In this document: one piece after another, positions 49,532-58,582 of the stretch
How positions within the stretch are numbered: the stretch's first letter is position 1
How the letters are laid out: the number at the start of each line of letters is the position of its first letter
IMG/VR virus record: IMGVR_UViG_3300027811_000003
Coordinates: 1 to 64,000 of that record
Reading direction: 5' to 3' (one strand)
From: a virus
DNA length: 64,000 nucleotides
Position numbers and translations under genes: made by a program
Notes under the pieces: model-generated
Database searches by the model: none
Told to the model about the DNA's origin: nothing
What the model saw: the letters and a program-made list of their open reading frames with translations, nothing else

Positions 49532-52212
49532 CTTACTACGCTCCCGTCGTCAAACGTAAATTCTATAAGCTCGAGTTCACCATGATCATGCAAAGCTGTC
49601 ACAGGCTCGAGGAAGATCTTACCACTGAATTCGTCGCGGGAAAATAGGAGATCACCAGGTTTGATATCTTTTATTTCTTTCCGTGCAACTATTTCATTTT
49701 CAAAAACGTTAATGGTTTCATTGGCTTGCAAACTTTTATTAAAACCGTACGACCCCCATCCGAGGAGATTTTTCCAAAGCTTGTCTGCTTTGCTTTTTTC
49801 AAGTCCATTCTCTTCACATCCGCTCAAGAATATTGCCGTAAGTCTATCACGTTCAGATTTTACGAACTCTGGCGTTTTGCTCTTGTCCTTCTTGAGGAGA
49901 ATTTTCCGTACGGCGTTCACGTCTTTCCAGCTCATTTTGCCAAGAACGTTACAAATCTTCATAAGTTGTTCCTGAAAAATAAGACAAGATCTCGTTGGTT
50001 TCAAGATCTCTTCGAGCAACGGATGATCATACGTTATGTCTTCGGGATGATGTTTGTTGTGAGCGTACAGCTTGTCAAATCCGCCCGAAAGAGGCCCTGG
50101 ACGATATATCGAACAAATCGCAGACACGTCAACAAACGTGTCAGGCTCTACTTGTTTCGCCAGTCTGCGAATTCCAGAATTCGTGAATTGAAATATCCCA
50201 GCAAAATTGCCATCGTGGAAAACATGCTTCAAAACTTTCTGATCGTTCAAATCCATGTTTTTAGAGCGAATCGTCTCTCTAAGCTCAGCAAAAGTCTTGC
50301 CAGTGTTTTTCGCGATCAGGTCCAAACAAAAGTGAATGATCTTCAAAGTCGCGATCGACAGAACGTCAATTTTACAGAATCCCATAGACGAAACGTTTTT
50401 GTTGACGATGCCCTCAGTGAACGCAGCCTGCGTGATGTATTGACCGTAAGTCGGGCTGTCCTTCTTAGTGTCCTTCACTCTGAGCAACGCAGTTTCTGCG
50501 GGAAGGTTGTCGCCAACGATAGTTCCAGCAGCGTGCCTTCCCATCTGTCTTATACGTCCGTACAGCGACGGGAAGTGCGTCATCATCTCAGGTCTGTCTG
50601 AAACGAGTTTGTTGAACGTGGGACTCACTCTCTTGATATCGTCGAGAGTGATCACGAGAGTGCTCTTGTCGTTGTCGATATAGAGAACTTTCAACTCTTT
50701 CTCTATTTTTCTGTTCAAGAGATTTATCTCGTTGTGATCGACGTCGTAGATGCGTCCAAGATCTTTCAGCAGACCCTTGACTTGAAACGTGCCGTACGTC
50801 GACAGACACGCGACGTTGTCTTCGCCGTACATCTTTCGAAGCAACTCTTTCGTCTCGTTCACGTCTTCGAAGTCTACATCGATGTCTGGAAGTTCTGAGC
50901 GATTTGGATCGAGGAATCTCTCGAACATCAGATCATATTTGATCGAGTCCAAGTCTGTTATACCGAGGCAATAGCAAGCGAGAGACCCGCAGCTCGAGCC
51001 TCGCCCTTCGCCCACGAGCATTGTCTTCTTCGCTTCTTCTATGATTCGCTGAACCATCAAGAAGTAATTCTGAAATCCCTTGTCCTTGATCACTTTGAGT
51101 TCACTGAGTAACCTCGCCTTGTACTTCTCGTCATGGGCAAGTCCAAGCTTCTTGAGTCCGTCTATCGACCTCTTCATGAGCTCCATCACTGGATCTTCGT
51201 ATGGAAGAGACGGCAGTCGTTGATGAGTGTCTGGTTCAAAATTCTCCACCAACGAATCGATCAACAACGTGTTTTCCATCGCTTCAATAGCAACCTTCGG
51301 CTCTAGCGTTCCGCCAAATTTCAAGAACGATTGCCACATCTCTTCTGGAGACTTGATGTACAGTTGTCTGACTCTGAAGTCCCAGTCAGGGCCTCGAGTG
51401 GCCAACGTGACCTTCTTTCGTAGCATGTACAAGATCTCTTGTGCTTGCCACTCCTCAGGCTTCGTGTAATGACTGTCAGTCGTCACAGTTAAAGGAATTC
51501 CCGTGACATCGTGAACTTTGACTAGCCAGTCGTTCAACACTCGTTGGTCGTCTGCTTCGTTGAGTTGCAGCTCCAAGAAGAACCTTCCCTTGCCGAAGAT
51601 CCTCTCAAAGTCTTGCGCCTGTGCGACGACGTCTTGAAACGTTCCATTCCCTGAAATCATGTCCCAAACCTTGAGAGCTATGATCCCACCCATGCACGCA
51701 GAAGTAGCGATCAGTCCCTTCGAATGCTCTGACAGCATCTTCTTGTCCATACGAGGCTTAGAATAGAAGCCGTACTTGTACGACTTGTAAACGAGTTGGT
51801 TGAGATTCGCGAGTCCTTCCAAACTAGACGCGAGAATGACCATATGACCTTTGCGATACAAGCTCTTAGCATCAGACTTCACTTTAGAGTTAGTGTCACG
51901 ATCAGCGTCGTCGTCGCTTCCTTCTCCGTCATCATCTTCGTCGTTTGTCTTGTTCTTCGCTCGCTCTTTCGCTATCCTCCACTCGTCAAGCGAATCGATG
52001 ACATAAGCCTCCACGCCGAAAATCGTCCTGACTCCGTGCTTCTTGCCAAACAGAAAAAAGTCCGCGTGACACGAATTGCCGCCGTGGTCAGTTATCGCGA
52101 TAGAACGAAGACCCTTGGCCTTCGCCGTCTTGATCATCTCTTCTGGCATAGCTAGAGAGTCTGCTATGGAAAATTGCGAATGGTTGTGCAGACTCGCGAA
52201 ATCTTTTATCAA
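49384..52212 (-). CDS. dnaE: DNA polymerase III alpha N-terminal fragment (PHP + polymerase) fused to split-intein N half (from 49734)
   Basis: LHNHSQFS, AITDHG, GRGSS, PDIDVDF, YRPGP, YGFNK|SLQANE...CTPNHKF. Confidence 0.93.
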   Translation of the reverse strand: MIKDFASLHNHSQFSIADSLAMPEEMIKTAKAKGLRSIAITDHGGNSCHADFFLFGKKHGVRTIFGVEAYVIDSLDEWRIAKERAKNKTNDEDDDGEGSDDDADRDTNSKVKSDAKSLYRKGHMVILASSLEGLANLNQLVYKSYKYGFYSKPRMDKKMLSEHSKGLIATSACMGGIIALKVWDMISGNGTFQDVVAQAQDFERIFGKGRFFLELQLNEADDQRVLNDWLVKVHDVTGIPLTVTTDSHYTKPEEWQAQEILYMLRKKVTLATRGPDWDFRVRQLYIKSPEEMWQSFLKFGGTLEPKVAIEAMENTLLIDSLVENFEPDTHQRLPSLPYEDPVMELMKRSIDGLKKLGLAHDEKYKARLLSELKVIKDKGFQNYFLMVQRIIEEAKKTMLVGEGRGSSCGSLACYCLGITDLDSIKYDLMFERFLDPNRSELPDIDVDFEDVNETKELLRKMYGEDNVACLSTYGTFQVKGLLKDLGRIYDVDHNEINLLNRKIEKELKVLYIDNDKSTLVITLDDIKRVSPTFNKLVSDRPEMMTHFPSLYGRIRQMGRHAAGTIVGDNLPAETALLRVKDTKKDSPTYGQYITQAAFTEGIVNKNVSSMGFCKIDVLSIATLKIIHFCLDLIAKNTGKTFAELRETIRSKNMDLNDQKVLKHVFHDGNFAGIFQFTNSGIRRLAKQVEPDTFVDVSAICSIYRPGPLSGGFDKLYAHNKHHPEDITYDHPLLEEILKPTRSCLIFQEQLMKICNVLGKMSWKDVNAVRKILLKKDKSKTPEFVKSERDRLTAIFLSGCEENGLEKSKADKLWKNLLGWGSYGFNKSLQANETINVFENEIVARKEIKDIKPGDLLFSRDEFSGKIFLEPVTALHDHGELELIEFTFDDGSVVRCTPNHKFRTTTGEMLPISEIMARDLEVASLADGVDVLSEMSERITKVV

Positions 52213-53114
52213 GTAGTTTTTCCGATCAATCGCAATTTGAACATCGTCGCAGTCGCGTTTCCAATAGCCTTTCGATTAGACTTCGTATCTTCAACCTCGC
52301 CAGCTCCCTCGCGTAACACATCTTCCATCATTGCATCGATGAGCTCAGGGATGTCAGACGGACTCAAATCTCTCTGCAACTTTCCCTTGAGATGATCTAC
52401 AACGTGATGAAGTCTCATCAATGTCACGAACTCGTCAGCCACAGCTTTCGCAGACGCCAGAACAAGTGCCTTGTCGCCATTCGACTCGGTGTCTTTTTTA
52501 GACTTTCGTTCGCTGAAGTCATCGCGCTTGTGCTTCGCTATGATCCTGCTTCCGTTTGGATAGTTCAACTCGATAACGGGACGAATCACGATTCCTTCTG
52601 CTGGCTTGAACGTGTAATCAGTGATATCACCGTCACGTTGAGCGTTGAGAATTCCGATCCTGGACGGTAAATCGCGTTCGCAATCGAGAGATTCCTGAGT
52701 GCATTCAACGAGGTTGAACGCGACAAAGTCCAGTCCCAGACCTTCGACCAATCTCTTCGCGTGTTCTACCTGCAGCCAGTGATCGTTTATCATGACGTCG
52801 AACGCTACGAAGCGAGCTTTCTTGCCGTAAGTCTCAGACATACCTTGCATCTTGCCGCCGTATGCTTCTCCGTAAACTGTGACCTTCGCTGGAGACTCTG
52901 GAAATGCTTCGTTGAATCGTCTAGCGAGATCTTCTTGATCGAAAACCTTGACGAACGTCTCGTATCTTTCGCCGCCAGAAAAGAACTTGATGCTCCCAGA
53001 CTCAAAACTGACGTGTGCGCTTGTTCCGTGTACTTTCTCCAACGCATAAACTCTCTTGAACAAGTCAAGAATCGAATGGTCTTTAGACAGATTTGAAATG
53101 TGCAAGTAGCCCAT
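52209..53114 (-). CDS. RNA ligase, Rnl2-like
   Basis: EKVHGT, YGEAYG, AFDV, EGIVIRP, KHK...FSE. Confidence 0.85.
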   Translation of the reverse strand: MGYLHISNLSKDHSILDLFKRVYALEKVHGTSAHVSFESGSIKFFSGGERYETFVKVFDQEDLARRFNEAFPESPAKVTVYGEAYGGKMQGMSETYGKKARFVAFDVMINDHWLQVEHAKRLVEGLGLDFVAFNLVECTQESLDCERDLPSRIGILNAQRDGDITDYTFKPAEGIVIRPVIELNYPNGSRIIAKHKRDDFSERKSKKDTESNGDKALVLASAKAVADEFVTLMRLHHVVDHLKGKLQRDLSPSDIPELIDAMMEDVLREGAGEVEDTKSNRKAIGNATATMFKLRLIGKTT

Positions 53115-53297
53115 GTTAGTCTCCTCCTTAAGACAATTTTCTGACGTACGTCGCCTTCGCCTTGTTTCCTTTTCTGTCGTAAGACTTGAAAACGTATCCC
53201 TCAGGAGACATGTTGATTACTAAAAGAGCGATGCTCGTGTACGGATCTACGTCGAATGTCAAAATTTTCTCATCAGGATTTTTCTTTTGCTTTTTGC

Positions 53298-53876
53298 TCA
53301 TGTCGTCTTTCTCTTCAACCACGCGATGAACGATCTGTTCGTCGGCTTCGGACCGTTGACTTTGTAAACGACCTTGTCGATTATAACACAACATTTCTCT
53401 AAATCATACGCGCCGTCGAAAGCAGCTCTCTCTTCTTGAACATGATATCTCATCACGTCGCCGTCGTTTAACGCGAGTTCAGATCCGTTTGGACCGCAAC
53501 GCCAACCCTCGATCATGTCAGCTATCCACGCGTTCTCGCACGCTGAAAAAACGTTCTTCAACCAAAGAGCGGGATCTTTCGCGCACATGAACACAGCGTT
53601 CGCCCAATACAGATCGAACTTCTTCTCCGTCAAAGGAACGTTATCTAGATTCCATTGATTCTTGTCGAACGACTCAATGTTCGCAGAAGGAAACATCGTC
53701 TTCAATATATCGAGTTCAACGTTAGTCGGCGAAGACGCCGCTATATTTTTTATGTCTCCTATGCTGTGTGCCCAGACAGGCAACGTCCTCATCATGACGT
53801 CAGCGTCTATTTGTCTCACGTTTTTCTCCTTTGTACCCCCGGCACGATTCGAACATGCGATTTTGATCCAATTCAC
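53298..53876 (-). CDS. Possible methyltransferase-fold protein
   Basis: KFDLYWANAVF...DP..WL resembles class I MTase core; motif I absent. Confidence 0.4.
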   Translation of the reverse strand: MNWIKIACSNRAGGTKEKNVRQIDADVMMRTLPVWAHSIGDIKNIAASSPTNVELDILKTMFPSANIESFDKNQWNLDNVPLTEKKFDLYWANAVFMCAKDPALWLKNVFSACENAWIADMIEGWRCGPNGSELALNDGDVMRYHVQEERAAFDGAYDLEKCCVIIDKVVYKVNGPKPTNRSFIAWLKRKTT

Positions 53877-54241
53877 CTCGTGTTTCGCTCAGCTCTAGAT
53901 CCAAGCTAACCGTCAGTGTTCAGGGGCAAAAACTTCAGTTATTCAATAAATCGTGCACTTAAAGAAACCATGAGAATGATCTGCGTGAACGCAACTATCT
54001 GGATGCTGGCACGCGTCAAGAGTATTATACCCCAGACACTGATGCGTCAGCGACTCTCTAACAAAGGCACACTCAGTGTGTACGCTTCCGTGCCCAAGAT
54101 TTTCAATGACCTGATAGCAACCAGTCGTGTGCTGCTTGACTTTGATGTACTGCTTGTCAAGCATCGCTCTGAGAACAGCTTCCTCTTCGCTCTCAGCTTC
54201 TACTTCTTGAAACTCTCCACGCATTTCAACGATATACTTTT

Positions 54242-54571
54242 TCATTCGTTTTCCTTCACTTGTCTGATGTGCTCTATCGGTTCTCCAAGCTTCGCTTTTC
54301 TCCAGTCTGGCCAAAGTCGAAGCTCGTTCTTTATCTGCTTCTTTCTGAGCATGTCTGCGATCTGTTCTGCCGTGTGACCGCTCCTCCAGGCGCCGTCAAG
54401 AGCGAGTATCACGACGTCGATCCACTCTTCTAAATCAAGCGTGTTTTCTTCTATTTCATCCAATTCCTTCTTAATATGAGCGATGATTCCAGCTGCGCGT
54501 TCACCTGGTCCAAACGTGCTTTCTGAAAACTTTCGCTGTCGTTCCAAGTGCTCAACGAGATCGAACGTCAT
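54242..54571 (-). CDS. DUF550-like dNTP pyrophosphohydrolase
   Basis: TFGPG...HIKKEL.E...EEWIDV..LALDGAWR...KQ.KNE.R.WPDWR. Confidence 0.8.
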   Translation of the reverse strand: MTFDLVEHLERQRKFSESTFGPGERAAGIIAHIKKELDEIEENTLDLEEWIDVVILALDGAWRSGHTAEQIADMLRKKQIKNELRLWPDWRKAKLGEPIEHIRQVKENE

Positions 54572-55758
54572 TTATAAGCTCCGTCGCTTGGAAGACATGT
54601 TCCGACGACATTACCGCGTTGCTTCACGACGTTCTTGCTCTTCAATTTCCTATTCGCAGATTTCTTGCTGTTCTTGAAACCCTTCAAATACCCGTTAGCG
54701 TACGTTACAGCTAACGAATCAAATTTATGCGCTTCAAAATTTAATCTTTTTGCTATAGACAGTCCTCTGCACCAAATTTCCCAATCACTTTTAGTTTTCA
54801 TTTCGTCACAGTCTTTGTCCTTGTATACGCGCAGAAGTCGCATTCACAACCTTCGAGGATCACACTAACATCTTGTTTAACGACTTTATTCTTTCTAGCC
54901 ATCGATCGCTTGACTGCAATCTTTCCCGCGATAAAGCCGTAAGCATACGCATAAGCGTAAGTCAGGCCGCATCCGCGCTTCATTTCTCTCGCCACGATCT
55001 TGTCAAATTCTTCGTAAAACTTTGATTTCCTTTTCACGTCTTTTCCTTTCAAAAGTCATCGTTAATGTCGTTCAACTCGCGAGCGACTTCCTGCAGCGAC
55101 TCTATTTCGTTCTTGACGCAGTTCAACGTCTTCAAAACATTCAACTTCCATCTAGTTTCATCGACAAGTTCACTCGTAAGCACGATCTCTCTGTGACAAC
55201 TGTCGTTGACGAACATTCTGCCAAACGCTCTCAAGCTTCCTGCGTTTCTATTTGTGTCAACATCTTCGAAGTAAAGCTTCGTGTCGCTAACTTCGTCGAC
55301 GATGAACAAACGAACAAACCCAATCGGATTGTTTGAGTTCATCTCGTTGAACACCATCATTTTCGTTATGTCGTTTTCGTTCATTCTGTCAGTACTCATT
55401 CAATATCGAATGATCAACTTCCATCAACGTCCACTTCAGCGCATTGATCAAAATGTCGATTTCGATCGGCGGATCAAACACGTAGCCTATTCTCTTCTCT
55501 CTCAAACGTTCGATTTCCTTCAAGATCGCTTCACGAGAACGCATTCTTTCTTTCTTCTTTCCCTGCGACTTGAACTTGCGTTCGCATGCGTCACAAGGAT
55601 TGCCATCGTTGCAACACGGCTCACGTGTTCCTTTGTACTTGTCAGCGTTAGAACAACGTTTGATCTTGACGGGTTTGCACGAATGATCTTTGCAATAGCA
55701 ATTGTCTGGACAAGGACAGACATTTGGCATCTCGTTAGCGTGTTCGCAGTACATCGCG

Positions 55759-56349
55759 CTAAGCTTCTTCATGTTCGCTTCCTTCCGTGAACAACTCCAC
55801 GTCGTTCTTGATCTCATTTCCCCAACAATCCCAGCCGGGAACGTTCTTCCTGGCGAACAGTTCCACGAACGGTCCGTGTCCGATCAGTTCAACTCTTCGT
55901 CTCATCTCCTCTGGCTTCTCTGAATGGGCACCTCGAGGAGCTTCGACGACTGATCTGACTTGAACTCTCTTGCCGAGATCATCGAGCTTGTAACCCGGCG
56001 ACCCTCTGACGCCGAACAAGCAAATCTCGTGGTCTCCTCGAATATACTGTCCGATCCCGTATCCAGTCGTCTTGCGCCACACGAGGTTGTTGACGTAACG
56101 AAAATTCCACGCTGTCATCACGTTTAGTCCTTCAGCGAGGAATCCGTTCACCACCCACAGAAACAAGCATGAATCGTCCTTTGCTATGCTCGCCACTGGA
56201 AGAGCTGTTATGTCATTGACGCTCATCAAAGAATAGTGAGCTGACGGCGAAACTGTCTTGCTCCACCCGCTCTTCCCGTTCTTTCCGCCAGACACGGGCC
56301 ATGGAGGATCCACGTAGAGTGTTCCGTACCTCTTAGTTTCAATATCCAC
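55759..56349 (-). CDS. MT-A70 family N6-adenine DNA methyltransferase
   Basis: VDPPW, LFLWV, HSEKPE, ELFAR, WGNE. Confidence 0.9.
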   Translation of the reverse strand: MDIETKRYGTLYVDPPWPVSGGKNGKSGWSKTVSPSAHYSLMSVNDITALPVASIAKDDSCLFLWVVNGFLAEGLNVMTAWNFRYVNNLVWRKTTGYGIGQYIRGDHEICLFGVRGSPGYKLDDLGKRVQVRSVVEAPRGAHSEKPEEMRRRVELIGHGPFVELFARKNVPGWDCWGNEIKNDVELFTEGSEHEEA

Positions 56350-56704
56350 TCTTCAACCTTTCGAAAACGATCTTGTTCTTCTTGCAGTATTCTTCATAAA
56401 GTTGTTCTGCATCGATTCCAGACAAGATACAAAGTTCGACGAAATACGCGAACGCATCTCCGATCTCTTCTTTGTAATGATCAATGTCAAGAGCAGTGTC
56501 GTCTGTTGACCGATGAATCTTATTTCGTAAAGTGAAGCTCGCCTCACAAAGTTCTTCTATCACGTTGAACACAGTTTCCTTCGCGAGACGTTGTCCAAAC
56601 TTTGTCTGCAAAGGAACTGGAAATTCAGGTAGCTTGTCATCTGCAACGAGCTCATTCATGAAACATTTCTGCTTGAAGAACATGTCTTCTAACTTGTCTG
56701 TCAC
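56339..56704 (-). CDS. MazG-like / dimeric dUTPase-dCTPase family pyrophosphatase
   Basis: EELCEA...KEEIGD...Y..KN....R...GY; GTGA overlap with ThyA-like gene. Confidence 0.75.
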   Translation of the reverse strand: MTDKLEDMFFKQKCFMNELVADDKLPEFPVPLQTKFGQRLAKETVFNVIEELCEASFTLRNKIHRSTDDTALDIDHYKEEIGDAFAYFVELCILSGIDAEQLYEEYCKKNKIVFERLKSGY

Positions 56705-57675
56705 TTTTTCTTCTCCTCTTTGTCTCTCTTGCTTCTGTGATCGTTGAGCTGCTTGATTATCCATTTGGCTGCCCCCTTGAAGTTCATCGATGTCGTGTGG
56801 TGAACCAAACCCTCACGGAGGCCTGATTCTATATCTAGCAAGTCTCTGATATCCCAGGCGTCGCTGAGAGGTTGCATCGTTCCCGTTGAACAATGGCCCT
56901 CAAAAGAACTATCCAATTCTTCAACGACTTTCTTAGCTGTCTTCCAATCTCGTTCGTACAGATGCATCGACCCAGCCGAATGATGATATTCGCCGAGCTT
57001 AAGATTTATCATGCCGCTTAGCTGAAGAGTCTTGAGCATCATTTCCTGTAAGAGAGTGAAACTGAAAACATCGTAAGGCAGCCCCCACCACACGTCGTTT
57101 GAACGCATAGTAACATGCAAATGAAGTTTGCTTTTTCTTATGAAGAATTGCAAAGACAAAGTGCAAGGGACGTCTTTCGATTGTCGTAACGACGCGTAAA
57201 CGACATCTTTAGGCTGATTGATTGTGATCACGGCTCTACGTGAATCGTTGTCGTCAAGAAGCGTGTTCGTCACAGCGTCCCATTGCGTGACAGGATTCGA
57301 TATTCCTTCGCTTGGATGATAAAAATTTTCAGTTAGCATCCTGTGACCGTAAGCTGAATTGAGTGTCTCTCCGTCGTCTGAGAAATCCTTCATGCGTTTG
57401 TTGTAGTACAACATCGTTTCCAAATCGTTTCTACCTGCAGCATACCACAGAAATTCTCCACAAGCGAATCCGTAGTTCACTTTGCGTACTTTAGAAGTTA
57501 CAAGTCTAGCTCGAGGATTTGACAACGTGATGTCGAAGAACAGATTCTCCTTTATTTTCATGTCACGAGGGCTGCACGTAAATTCGCTGTGCTTAAGAAG
57601 CTCACGCAACACGTCATGATACACTTCGTTCATCGTGTCGCAAACAAGATTAGTTCCCAAACATTCAAATGCCAT
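56701..57675 (-). CDS. Thymidylate synthase-like enzyme, probably dCMP-modifying (hydroxymethylase type)
   Basis: AYG.R, DSRRA, DVPCT, MRSND, GLPYD (Asp at specificity site), SMHLYE. Confidence 0.8.
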   Translation of the reverse strand: MAFECLGTNLVCDTMNEVYHDVLRELLKHSEFTCSPRDMKIKENLFFDITLSNPRARLVTSKVRKVNYGFACGEFLWYAAGRNDLETMLYYNKRMKDFSDDGETLNSAYGHRMLTENFYHPSEGISNPVTQWDAVTNTLLDDNDSRRAVITINQPKDVVYASLRQSKDVPCTLSLQFFIRKSKLHLHVTMRSNDVWWGLPYDVFSFTLLQEMMLKTLQLSGMINLKLGEYHHSAGSMHLYERDWKTAKKVVEELDSSFEGHCSTGTMQPLSDAWDIRDLLDIESGLREGLVHHTTSMNFKGAAKWIIKQLNDHRSKRDKEEKKK

Positions 57676-58582
57676 GTATGTCCTCTATCAATCTTTCTAG
57701 TATGTCTGAACTTATAGAATGACCTGCCGCTCTCTTATGCCCGCCGCCGCCGAACAGTTGCGCGAGCTTGGACACGTCGTAATCTCTTGACCTAAAGCTT
57801 ACACTTCCTTTCTCAACGTTTATCTGACATGCTACGTCCAAATCCTTTCTTCTAGCAAGAAGTCTGTTAAGCAACGGAGAAGTGTTGTTATCTGACGACA
57901 CGATGTACCCAACGCTTATTTCGCTTCCGTCTATCGTGAGTTGCTTTTCGCGCACTTTTCCGATCAAATCTTCTATTATTCGTTCTTTCCTGTCTCCGAT
58001 CATCGACACAATTTCTTTTTCGTCTACGTCGAATATGCTTTCTCTGTACACATTTCTACCGTAACGAAATCTATCTACGAAGTTGTCGCTTCCGACGAAA
58101 GCATGAAACGCAGACAAGTCATCCGACTCTGGAATTTTCTTTGTCCAGAGATCGTCATCCTGAATAATACGAGAAAGCTTGTACGAATAGTCATCTGACA
58201 ATTCGAGATAAAGCCTAAGCAATTCTGTGCCACATTTTTCTTGATCTATCAAGCACCAGCTTTCGTTTGTCAAGTGAGAAGCCGTGTTGTGATGGTCAAG
58301 AAGAACGCAGTTGCCTCTTTTTTCAAGCAACTTGTGGTCGTCGTGGTCCTTTGCAAACCCGACATCTGCAAAAATCAAAAACTTGTCATTTAAATCATGA
58401 AGATTTCTGTTTATGAACCTTCCAACTTCGCCAGCGTTTACTTCGTAGATGCTGCTTTTATCACCGCCAGCGCGCAAGAACATGATCTTCGCGCCGCTGC
58501 CGTCAAGACAATTCTTGTGAGTCACAAGCACTGCGTCTTCTATGTTTTGAAAACGAGGTAACGATTTTATTGAAGCCATCAT
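57665..58582 (-). CDS. DHH/DHHA1 phosphoesterase
   Basis: H..CLDG, LLDHH, GGGGHKRAAG. Confidence 0.85.
   Translation of the reverse strand: MMASIKSLPRFQNIEDAVLVTHKNCLDGSGAKIMFLRAGGDKSSIYEVNAGEVGRFINRNLHDLNDKFLIFADVGFAKDHDDHKLLEKRGNCVLLDHHNTASHLTNESWCLIDQEKCGTELLRLYLELSDDYSYKLSRIIQDDDLWTKKIPESDDLSAFHAFVGSDNFVDRFRYGRNVYRESIFDVDEKEIVSMIGDRKERIIEDLIGKVREKQLTIDGSEISVGYIVSSDNNTSPLLNRLLARRKDLDVACQINVEKGSVSFRSRDYDVSKLAQLFGGGGHKRAAGHSISSDILERLIEDIHGI

Noticed and set aside
56701-57675. Calling this gene thyA
   Set aside because: Asp at the specificity position and a separate thyX argue for a dCMP-modifying enzyme.
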